Positions 49,175-58,172 of a stretch of 64,000 nt of DNA are shown here, piece after piece. Source of the stretch: a virus; IMG/VR virus record IMGVR_UViG_3300035670_000026, positions 85,818-149,817 of that record; one strand, written 5' to 3'. The position numbers were made by a program, and so were the translations under genes. The notes under the pieces are model-generated. The model did not search any database. It was not told the origin of the DNA and saw only the letters and a list, made by a program, of their open reading frames with translations. Position 1 is the first letter of the stretch. Every line of letters starts with the position of its first letter.

Positions 49175-50049
49175 TGAATATTATAGTTACAGGAGCTAGT
49201 GGATTTGTAGGTAGACATTTAGTACCTACTTTAGAAGAACAAGGACATACAGTTTATGCCCTTAATTCTTCTGATTTTACAGATATTTGGTTAATTGAAA
49301 ATATAGATTATATTATCCATTTAGCTGTTAAAACAGCAGCTGGAGGTTATTGTCAAACTCACCAAGGTGAACAATATTTAATCAATAGTGCTATTAACAC
49401 AGAAATGTTACATGCTTGGAAAAATAAATATTCAAATGCAAAAATGGTAACATTTGGTTCTTCTTGTGGTTATGATAAAAACGTAATTAAAACAGAAGAC
49501 AATTACCTTAAAGGTGAACCTGAACCGGGTTATGAGGTTTATGGAACTATTAAACGTAGTTTACTTGTTGGACTTAAAGCATTAAAACAAGAATATGGTA
49601 TGGATTATAGTTACTTAATTCCATCTGTATTTTATGGTCCCGAATATGATTTACATGATAAGCATTTTATATTTGATTTGATTAGAAAAATAGTAAGTGC
49701 TAAAAATGGAGGTGATAAAGTAGTATTGTGGGGAACTGGAGACCAAACCCGTGAACTTATCTTTATTAAAGACGCAGTTGATATCATTATTCAAGCAATG
49801 ACTTGGGATAAAGAAATAGTTAACCTATCTTCAGGTAAAGAACATTCAATTAAAGAATATGCTCAAACAATTTGTAATTTAGTAGGATATGATTTTAACT
49901 TAATTGAGTGGGATACAACAGCATTTGTAGGTTCACCTAATAAAAAATTAGTTAACACACATTTACAAGATTATAATTTTACTTCTTTAGAGGAAGGTTT
50001 AAAACAAACTATAGAATATTATGAAAATAGGAGTCGTAGTAGTAAATAG
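49174..50049 (+). CDS. GDP-L-fucose synthase/ColC-like SDR
   Basis: TGASGFVG, GSSC.Y, YG..KR and LWGTG.QTRE. Confidence 0.8.
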   Translation: MNIIVTGASGFVGRHLVPTLEEQGHTVYALNSSDFTDIWLIENIDYIIHLAVKTAAGGYCQTHQGEQYLINSAINTEMLHAWKNKYSNAKMVTFGSSCGYDKNVIKTEDNYLKGEPEPGYEVYGTIKRSLLVGLKALKQEYGMDYSYLIPSVFYGPEYDLHDKHFIFDLIRKIVSAKNGGDKVVLWGTGDQTRELIFIKDAVDIIIQAMTWDKEIVNLSSGKEHSIKEYAQTICNLVGYDFNLIEWDTTAFVGSPNKKLVNTHLQDYNFTSLEEGLKQTIEYYENRSRSSK

Positions 50050-50905
50050 AAATGACGGATACAAAGATTTTGAACGTGGTTTAATTCACTTTAAGTCAAT
50101 GTTAGATACTTTTGATGAGGTAACTTACATTGATTGGAATTCACCCGAGGGTTCATTTTTATGGGAAATTCAAGATGAATTACCTAAAACTGGTAAAATA
50201 AAACATTTTGTTATTCCACCTGAGATTGTATCTCAAATCATTGTAGACCCTAAAGCTCAACAATGTAATGAAACATTAAGTAGAAACATTGGTATTCGTA
50301 GAAGTGAGTGTGATTGGATTGTTTCAACAAATATTGATATTATTCCTCCTAAACGTGAGGATTTACTTAAACTAATTGAAACACTAGACCCAAACACATT
50401 TTATACCATCTCCAGACGTGAAGCACCTAAAGAGGTAGTTTATAAACATGGACATAAAAATTGGGAAGCACTCAGAGAAGAACTTTATAACACAATCCCA
50501 GAAAGACGTTTTCCAGCAATGGTTACTCCTGGTGATAAATTTAGTTTAATTAATTGCTGTGGTGATTTTCAAATGGCTCCTAAACACGTTTGGGATAAAA
50601 TTCAAGGATTTGAAGAAGAAATGTTGTATGCTTGTTTTGCAGATACAAATATTCAGAAAAAAGCAGTATTAAATGGGTTTGGTTTAAAAGATTTATATAA
50701 TCCTCCTTTATTTCACATGGAACATGGTGCTTATTATACCAAAGAAGATGGTACTCGTGTTTTAGACCCAGAAAACAAAGGATCTTATACTGGAGATACA
50801 AAAGCATATAATGATGCTTGGACATTTGTCGAATGGTTTCAACATAGTTATAACACAGATAAGTGGGGATTAGGAGGAATAGAAATTGAATTTGAAACTA
50901 TTTAA
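50021..50905 (+). CDS. GT-A-like glycosyltransferase
   Basis: RNDGY, IDWNS, RNIGIRR, TNIDI and GDFQ. Confidence 0.7.
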   Translation: MKIGVVVVNRNDGYKDFERGLIHFKSMLDTFDEVTYIDWNSPEGSFLWEIQDELPKTGKIKHFVIPPEIVSQIIVDPKAQQCNETLSRNIGIRRSECDWIVSTNIDIIPPKREDLLKLIETLDPNTFYTISRREAPKEVVYKHGHKNWEALREELYNTIPERRFPAMVTPGDKFSLINCCGDFQMAPKHVWDKIQGFEEEMLYACFADTNIQKKAVLNGFGLKDLYNPPLFHMEHGAYYTKEDGTRVLDPENKGSYTGDTKAYNDAWTFVEWFQHSYNTDKWGLGGIEIEFETI

Positions 50906-50952
50906 CTAAATTTGGAAATTTAAATTTTATTTATTATTTTAACAACAAAATT

Positions 50953-51111
50953 ATGGTATTTGGATATTATAGTAAAAACGATAGAACGAAAGAAATAATC
51001 ACTCGTAAAGTTGGTTTGTCTCGTTTAGAAGCAGCTAAATATTTTGCTGCTCGTAAACAATTAGATTTGAAAACGTTTTTAAAACTATACGCTGTTAAAA
51101 CACTTATATGA
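50953..51111 (+). CDS. Small basic hypothetical protein (52 aa); not in ORF track
   Basis: Follows TTTGG-N15-TTATTATTTT (50911-50940); ATGA overlap with the next gene. Confidence 0.55.
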   Translation: MVFGYYSKNDRTKEIITRKVGLSRLEAAKYFAARKQLDLKTFLKLYAVKTLI

Positions 51112-51485
51112 AACCATTTGGTAAAAATATTAATATTAAAAAACGTAACGACGAACCAACTGAAAAAGAAGTATTTTTAGATATACTTCAAATAGTTGGT
51201 GATTGTTGGAAACGTTCTAATTTAATGGAAGAAGAGATGAATTTAGGTATTTCATCATATGAAGAACCTTTTTACATCACTATTGAAAATTTAATATTTT
51301 TACATTATGGGGAATGGAAAGGACATATGATTCTTTGGTGGATATTTGATAGATTTAATGATGAAGGTGAATTACTTCCTATTGAAGTTACCTTTCATAA
51401 TAAAGAAGATCAAGAACCAGAAGAATATCTAATAGAAAATCCAGAACAACTCTGGGACTTACTTAAAAAAATTGAGTTAAATTAA
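51108..51485 (+). CDS. Hypothetical protein
   Basis: 125 aa, acidic. Confidence 0.6.
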   Translation: MKPFGKNINIKKRNDEPTEKEVFLDILQIVGDCWKRSNLMEEEMNLGISSYEEPFYITIENLIFLHYGEWKGHMILWWIFDRFNDEGELLPIEVTFHNKEDQEPEEYLIENPEQLWDLLKKIELN

Positions 51486-51499
51486 AAAGTTATATAATT

Positions 51500-51811
51500 A
51501 TGGTTATGGCAAAGTATTGTAAAGGATGTGGTGAACAAATCCATCCAAAACGTGTTGAAATTTTACCCAACACAACAACATGTGTGAGTTGTTCCAATAC
51601 AGGGATGAAACGTGGAGTAACAGTCTTAAATGGAGACGTTGAAAAAGATGATACTTGGGTAGATATTGTATTCATGGAACCCGAGGACTACGAACACTAC
51701 ATGGAACAAGAAGGAAAATTAAAACGTATAGTAGCTAGTTCTCCTAAAGCAGAAGTGCAAGATTTTGATAAAGAACCAAATGAACCAATACAACCTAATT
51801 TTGAGGAATAA
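51500..51811 (+). CDS. DksA/TraR-type C4 zinc finger protein
   Basis: CKGCGEQIHPKRVEILPNTTTCVSC. Confidence 0.8.
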   Translation: MVMAKYCKGCGEQIHPKRVEILPNTTTCVSCSNTGMKRGVTVLNGDVEKDDTWVDIVFMEPEDYEHYMEQEGKLKRIVASSPKAEVQDFDKEPNEPIQPNFEE

Positions 51812-52455
51812 TGCCTAAAGCAAAACCACTTGGTAAAGAACTAATTTTAGCTGCTATGGCTAAAACTAAATCAAATAAGGCCGCTGCGCGTTATTTGAAT
51901 TGTTCTTATATACATTATAAAATGTGGGCCAGGAGGTATGAAGCAACAGAATCAGGTTATGTTAATTTATTTGAACAACATAAAAATCAATCAGGTAAAG
52001 GTATTCCTAAATTTTTAAGTAATGGTAATCCAAGAAAGGATTTTGCATTACTTGATTTAATTGAAGGCCGAATAGACCCATCTTCGTTTAATCCTAATAA
52101 AATCAAATATAGGTTATTACAAGAGGGTTATATGAAGGAGGAATGTTATTCATGCGGGTTCCACGAGCATCGTTTACTAGACTATAAAATGCCACTTTTA
52201 ATGCATTTTAAAGATGGAAATAAGCAACACTATCGACTTGAAAATCTAGAAATGCTCTGTTATAATTGTTACTTTATCCAGATTGGAGATATATTTAGTG
52301 ATAAACAATTAGAAGGTTTAGAAGAACATTTAATTAAAAATGAATCTAAAGTTGATTGGGAAGTAGATGATTATACTCAACAACGACTTAAAGAATTAGG
52401 ATTATATGAATCCAAACCAGTTGATGATGGTAGTGAATTTATCTCTAGAATATGA
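51811..52455 (+). CDS. HNH-like / zinc-binding DNA-binding protein
   Basis: CYSC...L.HFKDGN...LENL..LCYNC; N-terminal HTH-like AARYL. Confidence 0.65.
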   Translation: MPKAKPLGKELILAAMAKTKSNKAAARYLNCSYIHYKMWARRYEATESGYVNLFEQHKNQSGKGIPKFLSNGNPRKDFALLDLIEGRIDPSSFNPNKIKYRLLQEGYMKEECYSCGFHEHRLLDYKMPLLMHFKDGNKQHYRLENLEMLCYNCYFIQIGDIFSDKQLEGLEEHLIKNESKVDWEVDDYTQQRLKELGLYESKPVDDGSEFISRI

Positions 52456-52640
52456 AAAAGAAACAAATACCATTATTAAAAAAAGGTAAAAATAAAAAAC
52501 ACGACAAAATTGTAAATGATTTTGAAGCTCAAAAAAATAAACACCTTGAAAAATTAGCTACTAAAACTCTTGAAGAACAAGAAAAACTTAGTAAACTAAA
52601 AGAAAAAAATATTAACACAGACTTTTTTAAATTATTTTAA
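52452..52640 (+). CDS. Small basic hypothetical protein
   Basis: 62 aa, Lys-rich. Confidence 0.55.
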   Translation: MKKKQIPLLKKGKNKKHDKIVNDFEAQKNKHLEKLATKTLEEQEKLSKLKEKNINTDFFKLF

Positions 52641-52643
52641 ATT

Positions 52644-52985
52644 ATGGCCGTTGAAATCACAGTACAAAATACAGACGAATTCCAGGAAATGGTAGAAAAT
52701 AAAGACTTTCGTCTTTCAGAAGCTATTGTAAGTGGAATTTTAAATAATATTGATGGTAAAAAGAAACACATTCACGTATTATCTATAACTTGCTTAGAAG
52801 AAGAAGAAATTTATGATATTACTGTTGAACGTAAATATTTTGCGGAAACACTAGAAGAAAATTTACCATATTATGTTCGTGAAGAACGATATGAGGATTG
52901 TCAAAAAATAGTAAATATTATTAGTGAGTTAAAAAATCAAGATATTTCAAATATTTTAGATGAAATTACAAAATCTAAAAAATAA
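52644..52985 (+). CDS. Hypothetical protein with UvrB/C-like helical motif
   Basis: EERYEDC..I. Confidence 0.55.
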   Translation: MAVEITVQNTDEFQEMVENKDFRLSEAIVSGILNNIDGKKKHIHVLSITCLEEEEIYDITVERKYFAETLEENLPYYVREERYEDCQKIVNIISELKNQDISNILDEITKSKK

Positions 52986-53015
52986 TTTGGTTAAGTAAAT
53001 TTTTATTCATACATT
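52986..53015 (+). promoter_or_regulatory. Host-type promoter
   Basis: TTTGG-N15-TTCATACATT. Confidence 0.65.
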
Positions 53016-53038
53016 TACGCTAAATAAAAATAAAAGTT

Positions 53039-53602
53039 ATGTTTTACAAGTATGACAAAGAATCTCTAATCTGGAAACGTGATTGGAAAAAAATGAAAAT
53101 TTCACTTGGTATAGTAAGTGTTTTATTTATTAGTTCATTCGTTTTGGGACGTTATGTTAAATTTGAATCATTAGATAAGTACGAACAAGAGTTGTTGATT
53201 TTAGATTTACAAAATGAACGAAATAAATTTTCTCAAGAAAAATTAGTTGATGAACTAAAACGGTTAAATGTAAAATACCCCCACATTGTAATGGCTCAAT
53301 CTATTATTGAGACTGGACATTGGAAAAGTAAAGTATTTAAAGAGAACCATAACTTGTTTGGAATGAAACAAGCAAATATTCGAATTAATACTGCTAAAGG
53401 AACTCAAAATAATCATGCTTATTATGATAGCTGGCAGGAAAGTCTTTATGATTATGCTTTCTACCAGTGCCGTTATATGAGTAATATTAATAGTGAAGAA
53501 AATTATTTTATAGCATTAGGAGCTTCATACGCTGAGTCCCCAGATTATATTAATGCTTTAAAAAATGTAATTAAAAGAGAAAACCTTAAAGATTTGTTTT
53601 AA
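53039..53602 (+). CDS. Membrane-anchored GH73 glucosaminidase/muramidase
   Basis: N-terminal hydrophobic helix; AQSIIETG, NLFGMK and YAE.P.Y. Confidence 0.8.
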   Translation: MFYKYDKESLIWKRDWKKMKISLGIVSVLFISSFVLGRYVKFESLDKYEQELLILDLQNERNKFSQEKLVDELKRLNVKYPHIVMAQSIIETGHWKSKVFKENHNLFGMKQANIRINTAKGTQNNHAYYDSWQESLYDYAFYQCRYMSNINSEENYFIALGASYAESPDYINALKNVIKRENLKDLF

Positions 53603-53636
53603 TATGTATTAGGGTACGTTTTAACCCTAATAAGTA

Positions 53637-53780
53637 ATGGCAAAATTAAAGTCCCAAACAGTCTCAATTAGACAAGAAAAAGCAAAAGTTAATAACAAAG
53701 GTGTCCATGCAACTACTAAAACCAGCAAAAGTAAATCTTCTGATAATTACAAAAAACCATATAGAGGACAAGGTAGATAA
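53637..53780 (+). CDS. Small basic protein ending YRGQGR (47 aa); not in ORF track
   Basis: MAKLKSQ...NYKKPYRGQGR. The C-terminal YRGQG motif recurs in T4-like phages. Upstream ATATGTATT and a 9-bp hairpin at 53607-53632. Confidence 0.7.
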   Translation: MAKLKSQTVSIRQEKAKVNNKGVHATTKTSKSKSSDNYKKPYRGQGR

Positions 53781-53839
53781 AATGACACAATTAATTAAAA
53801 AAGAATCAATATCCTAATTAAATTAGATTAAATTAAGTT

Positions 53840-53965
53840 ATGAGCAAAACTAGTAACCACCAAAAATTAGAGTGTTTAAAAGCTTGGCAATCAGCCCTTA
53901 AAACACAACCTAAAAAGAAAAAAAGACCAGATTGGCTAAAGGAGTTATACGAGAATGAAGATTGA
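53840..53965 (+). CDS. Small hypothetical protein (41 aa); not in ORF track
   Basis: AAGTTATG start context. Confidence 0.45.
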   Translation: MSKTSNHQKLECLKAWQSALKTQPKKKKRPDWLKELYENED

Positions 53966-54134
53966 TGGAAACGCAATTGATTTTTTTAATTCTATCCCAG
54001 ATGATGTTTTAGCTAAAATAGCTTTTTACGATTGGGAATCATTAGAAAGATTATGTATTGCACTTACCTTAGATATCCAGTTACTGAAAGAATCTACACA
54101 AAGTGAAGATAAAGTTTATAAATACGAAGCATGA
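53955..54134 (+). CDS. Small hypothetical protein (59 aa); not in ORF track
   Basis: MKIDGNAIDFFNSIPDD...; ATGA overlap with the FkbM gene. Confidence 0.5.
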   Translation: MKIDGNAIDFFNSIPDDVLAKIAFYDWESLERLCIALTLDIQLLKESTQSEDKVYKYEA

Positions 54135-55087
54135 AACCATTTGAAATAGCAAGTTATAATTTTGACGAACAACGTTTTGATGTTCGTGTTAACCATCCCA
54201 TAAAGAAAGGATATTTTGTTTTAAAAGATATCGACTTAGAAACTACTTTATATAAAATGGATTTGTGGGATATGGGAGGTCCTATGGATATTTTCTTTAT
54301 TCCGGTTCCTAAATTTACTTTCGATTTTATGAGAGAAGATTTTGGAGGATTTATTTTAGAATTAGTAGATGAAGATATTATTATCGATAGAGAAATAATG
54401 CGTTTGCGTTATACCGATATGTACAAATACAAACAAAATTTTCTAAACGATTTTCACCACCCCGTATTTATAAACTACAGAGAATTCTTCCAATGGGATA
54501 GATATAGTTGTTTTGATCTCTCAGGATGCGAAAAAATAATCGATGCCGGGGCAAGTATTGGTTTGTTTACTAAATATATGCTTAATAAAGGTGCTAAAAA
54601 AGTATTTGCTGTAGAGTGTGATGATAGAAGTATTAAAGCACTTAAAAGTAATTTTGCTTTTAACGATGATGTAAAAGTTATTCCAAAAGCACTTTATAGT
54701 AGTGAGGGTGAAATGAATTTATTTTTCAAAGATGATAATCCATTAGTAGGTAGTTTAGAATACAATCATAGTGAATTTAAAAATTGGGACCACATGGCTG
54801 ATTCTAAAACAGTTTCTACTATTACTTTAGAAAAATTGTTCTTAGAAACAGGTTGGGACAATATTGATTTGTTAAAATTAGATATTGAAGCTAGTGAGTG
54901 GGAAGTAATGGATAGTACCCCTAACTATATTTTTGAAATTACTAATAAATTTCTTTTAGAATACCACTACCCAGAAGGTAGATTGTATAGTGTAATAGAT
55001 AGAATGCGTTCATTAGGTTTTAAACATTGGTTTGAACCTGGATTTAATGAAGAATCAATAAACGGAACTGTACTATTTTTTAGATAA
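54131..55087 (+). CDS. FkbM-family methyltransferase
   Basis: IDAGASIG.F, AVE, LLKLDIEASE and EYH. Confidence 0.85.
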   Translation: MKPFEIASYNFDEQRFDVRVNHPIKKGYFVLKDIDLETTLYKMDLWDMGGPMDIFFIPVPKFTFDFMREDFGGFILELVDEDIIIDREIMRLRYTDMYKYKQNFLNDFHHPVFINYREFFQWDRYSCFDLSGCEKIIDAGASIGLFTKYMLNKGAKKVFAVECDDRSIKALKSNFAFNDDVKVIPKALYSSEGEMNLFFKDDNPLVGSLEYNHSEFKNWDHMADSKTVSTITLEKLFLETGWDNIDLLKLDIEASEWEVMDSTPNYIFEITNKFLLEYHYPEGRLYSVIDRMRSLGFKHWFEPGFNEESINGTVLFFR

Positions 55088-55114
55088 AAGTAATATTTAT
55101 TATAAATGTAAATT

Positions 55115-55282
55115 ATGGCTAAAACACTTAAATATATTCTACAAGATATATCTACAAATGAATATCTAACTGAAACAGGTTGGAGTTCAAATATAGATGA
55201 TGCTAAACACTATATTCAAAGCGATGTAGATGCTCTCCCAATAGGTAAATATCTTGTTATTTGGGTTTGGGTAGTAAGCTAA
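55115..55282 (+). CDS. Small hypothetical protein (55 aa); not in ORF track
   Basis: Follows ATATTTATT at 55093. Confidence 0.45.
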   Translation: MAKTLKYILQDISTNEYLTETGWSSNIDDAKHYIQSDVDALPIGKYLVIWVWVVS

Positions 55283-55306
55283 TTTTATAAAATTTCTTTA
55301 AAAAAA

Positions 55307-55360
55307 TTTGGAAGGGCGAAAGCCCTTTCATACATTCACACCATAGAAATAAAGGTTATG
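55307..55360 (+). promoter_or_regulatory. Early-type promoter/leader cassette with GAAA hairpin in the spacer
   Basis: TTTGG-AAGGGCGAAAGCCCT-TTCATACATT...ATAAAGGTTATG. Confidence 0.75.
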
Positions 55361-55816
55361 GCGCTTTGGAAATTTACAAATACAAATAAGTACGGAACAT
55401 TAAGAAGCCGTGTTATATTTGTTCCTGATGGTAAACCACTTTCAATTGGTAAAGGATTTGGTCCATTTGTTGGTGTTCGTAGATTTAGATATACTCATGA
55501 GCATATGCACCCACCAGCATTATTTACTTCATCTATTGATAATCAAAAGTATATTGTTCCTGGTTGGCAAAAAGTAATACCTGAAACTACTTTGAATGAT
55601 ATTGAGTGGATTAAACCTGAACCTAAAGTTGTTCAACAACAAAATGTTTCTCCAACAAACAAAGAATATAAATTTGAATCTAAAAGCGAACCAGGTAGTT
55701 TTTATGTTGTTCGAGTAACAGGTAATAAAGTAAAATGTAATTGTGCTGGTCAATATCGAGCAAAAGATAGACAGTGCAAACATATGAAGGAAGTTAAACA
55801 GAAATTAGGTCTATGA
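55358..55816 (+). CDS. SWIM zinc finger protein
   Basis: Y.V...CNC...CKH. Confidence 0.75.
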   Translation: MALWKFTNTNKYGTLRSRVIFVPDGKPLSIGKGFGPFVGVRRFRYTHEHMHPPALFTSSIDNQKYIVPGWQKVIPETTLNDIEWIKPEPKVVQQQNVSPTNKEYKFESKSEPGSFYVVRVTGNKVKCNCAGQYRAKDRQCKHMKEVKQKLGL

Positions 55817-56205
55817 AGTGTAGAGTAGAATGGTGTAACCATGAAACCGAATTTTATAACAAAAAACAATGTTATAAATACTGTCCTACTCATATCCAGT
55901 ATAAACAATATGCTTCTAATGCTCCTGTACGTCCTTGGTTAATGTATAAAGTAGAAAAAATAGTAAATAATGATTTAGTGTGTGAGCACTGTGGTTTAGA
56001 TATGGTTAAGCATTACAAAAATGCTAATCTAAAAGCAATACTTACAGCAATGGACGTTGACCATATCGATTCAGCTATTAAAGGTACACCTGAGGGTGAA
56101 CAACCAAATAATTATCAATTACTTTGTAAAATGTGTCACATCATTAAGTCATATGATGAAGGCGATTATATTAATAAAAAATATAGAAAAGATTTGGAAT
56201 CCTAA
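55813..56205 (+). CDS. HNH endonuclease-like protein
   Basis: CEHC, DVDHI and N.QLLCKMCH..KS. Confidence 0.8.
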   Translation: MKCRVEWCNHETEFYNKKQCYKYCPTHIQYKQYASNAPVRPWLMYKVEKIVNNDLVCEHCGLDMVKHYKNANLKAILTAMDVDHIDSAIKGTPEGEQPNNYQLLCKMCHIIKSYDEGDYINKKYRKDLES

Positions 56206-56246
56206 AATAGGGTTCGTATATTCCCCATATAAAGATAAAGGTTATG
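56193..56246 (+). promoter_or_regulatory. Early-type promoter/leader cassette
   Basis: TTTGG-N15-TTCGTATATT...ATAAAGGTTATG; spacer hairpin GAATCCTA/TAGGGTTC. Confidence 0.8.
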
Positions 56247-56672
56247 ACAGAAAAAACAGAACGTAGAGGCAGACCAGCAGAACAACCATTTGAAAAACCA
56301 GAAAAATGGACTCGTGAATTTTATGAAGTACCATCAAAACCTGAATTAGGTACTAAAACAACATTCTATTATGATAATAGTAAAACTGTAAATGGTCCTT
56401 ATAAAACAGAGATTACTTATCCTAAGAATTACAAATATGATAAGTTTAAAATTGAAAAAGGTAAAGCATATAATAAGCAACCTGTAGTTTTAGTATTTAA
56501 AACATCAAATCGTTTAAATGCTCAGACTAAAATGAAAATATTTGCTAATGAAAATATTGATTATATTATGACTGCTTCTAAATTAGTAGGTGTACCTGAA
56601 AATGCAATTATTCTAGAATGCGGAGTAGGTGAAAGCTTTATTAAATCCTATAAACTTAAGTATTCTCTTTAA
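56244..56672 (+). CDS. Hypothetical protein with N-terminal AT-hook
   Basis: RRGRP. Confidence 0.6.
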   Translation: MTEKTERRGRPAEQPFEKPEKWTREFYEVPSKPELGTKTTFYYDNSKTVNGPYKTEITYPKNYKYDKFKIEKGKAYNKQPVVLVFKTSNRLNAQTKMKIFANENIDYIMTASKLVGVPENAIILECGVGESFIKSYKLKYSL

Positions 56673-56702
56673 TATTTATCACATATAATTAAACTATAAA
56701 AA

Positions 56703-57386
56703 ATGGCAACACGTGCTTTAATTGGATACATGGAAAATGGAGTTTTAACTTCAACCTACAATCATTATGATGGCTATCCTGAAAATTTAGGTAAAGCTTT
56801 AAATAAATTCTATAATACACCTGAAAAAGCAAAAGAAATTGCTAATAAAGGTTATGTTAGTTATATTGATCCTGAAACTGGTGAGATTGAAGCTAACAAT
56901 AAACAAGCCCCAGACAAATTAAATTTAAATAAACTAGATCCACAAAACGCAATTGAAGAAGTAGCATCTTTAGTAGATTCATACGGTGCTGATTATGCTT
57001 ATTTCTATGATGCCGACGCAAATATGTGGGATAATCTTAAAAATAATGGTATTCGTTCTATGATGGATGCTTTAGAAGGTATTTTATTTCAAGGAAGTGA
57101 AGAAATGGATGAATCTATTGATGAAGCTAAAGATGTTAAAGGTCATGTAATGATGTTACTTGATAAAGTAGAATCAAAACTTAGACCTGAAGAAAAAGAT
57201 ATGTTTACTGTATATCAAGAATCAGTAATGCGCGATATTAAAGCAGGTGGTTCACGTTTAAATCAATACGAAGATTTTACAGCTGAAGATATGGTTGAAG
57301 ATTATAAAAACTATATTTCTGATAAAATGGATATTGATGAGACATTTGTACGTCAAATGAAATATAGAGCAGGTATTATTAAATAA
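56703..57386 (+). CDS. Hypothetical protein (YxHxDGYP motif), possibly virion-internal
   Basis: MATRALIG..YNHYDGYPE.LG..L; C-terminal RQMKYRAGIIK; ATATTTATC at 56672. Confidence 0.6.
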   Translation: MATRALIGYMENGVLTSTYNHYDGYPENLGKALNKFYNTPEKAKEIANKGYVSYIDPETGEIEANNKQAPDKLNLNKLDPQNAIEEVASLVDSYGADYAYFYDADANMWDNLKNNGIRSMMDALEGILFQGSEEMDESIDEAKDVKGHVMMLLDKVESKLRPEEKDMFTVYQESVMRDIKAGGSRLNQYEDFTAEDMVEDYKNYISDKMDIDETFVRQMKYRAGIIK

Positions 57387-57395
57387 AATAAAATA

Positions 57396-57926
57396 ATGAG
57401 AAAAGCAGATAATTTTGACTCAAGTAAGTGGTTAGTAGAAAACAAAATCACTACACAATCTCGTTTAAATGAAGATGAAGAGGAAAAAAAATATTACCTT
57501 GCAGCAAAGTCAAAGGATGGAAAAAAACATGAAGTATTTAAAAAAAATCCAAACTATATAAAAACAACTTATAATAGTGCTTTAGAGCTTATAAACTCTT
57601 TAAAAAAACCAAAACATTATATATACTACGTATCAGATATAGATGGTAATCCTGTTGATGAAGAGGGTAACATTATTAATGAAGGTTTCCAAAAAAATTA
57701 TAAACATCTTGAACTCTCCCCAGAAGACTTTAAACCCGGAGATTTCTTTTTAATGACACCAGATGAAGAGGGTGAGTTTTTTGAGCATAAAGAAAAAGTA
57801 AAAATTTTATCTATTGATCTTCCTAAAGATGGCAGAAGTAGTATAGCTAAAGTTAAAACTGAAGACGGTAAAGAAATGAACTTATCTAATACTTCATTAT
57901 ACGATATAGCAAGATCTAAAAAATAA
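57396..57926 (+). CDS. Hypothetical protein, possibly virion-internal
   Basis: N-terminal DNFDSSKWLVENKIT..SRLNE leader and internal IINE. Confidence 0.55.
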   Translation: MRKADNFDSSKWLVENKITTQSRLNEDEEEKKYYLAAKSKDGKKHEVFKKNPNYIKTTYNSALELINSLKKPKHYIYYVSDIDGNPVDEEGNIINEGFQKNYKHLELSPEDFKPGDFFLMTPDEEGEFFEHKEKVKILSIDLPKDGRSSIAKVKTEDGKEMNLSNTSLYDIARSKK

Positions 57927-57948
57927 TTTAGAATAATTACAAATGAAA

Positions 57949-57984
57949 GAAAGGGGTGGCTTTACCACCCCTTTTTTGTATATT
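57949..57984 (+). terminator. Intrinsic terminator overlapping a promoter
   Basis: AAAGGGGTGG-CTTTA-CCACCCCTTTTTT; also GGTGG-N15-TTTGTATATT. Confidence 0.75.
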
Positions 57985-57990
57985 TCCAAC

Positions 57991-58131
57991 ATGATGAAAG
58001 AAGAACATAAAATAAATGGTTTAGATGTTCGCCACGTAGCTCAAATCGTGCGACGTAAAATGATTACTCGTACTAAACCAAGTAAAAAAGTTTATTCTCG
58101 AAAAAATCTTAAAAAAGATTTGGAATCCTGA
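57991..58131 (+). CDS. Small basic hypothetical protein
   Basis: ATG 57991 after the promoter; ends KKDLES. Confidence 0.55.
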   Translation: MMKEEHKINGLDVRHVAQIVRRKMITRTKPSKKVYSRKNLKKDLES

Positions 58132-58172
58132 GGGATTGTTCGTATATTCACGACATAGAAATAAAGGTTATG
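58119..58172 (+). promoter_or_regulatory. Early-type promoter/leader cassette
   Basis: TTTGG-N15-TTCGTATATT...ATAGAAATAAAGGTTATG. Confidence 0.8.

Noticed and set aside
51811-56205. HNH genes as parts of mobile introns
   Set aside because: Both are free-standing, overlap their neighbours' stop or start codons and interrupt no recognisable gene.
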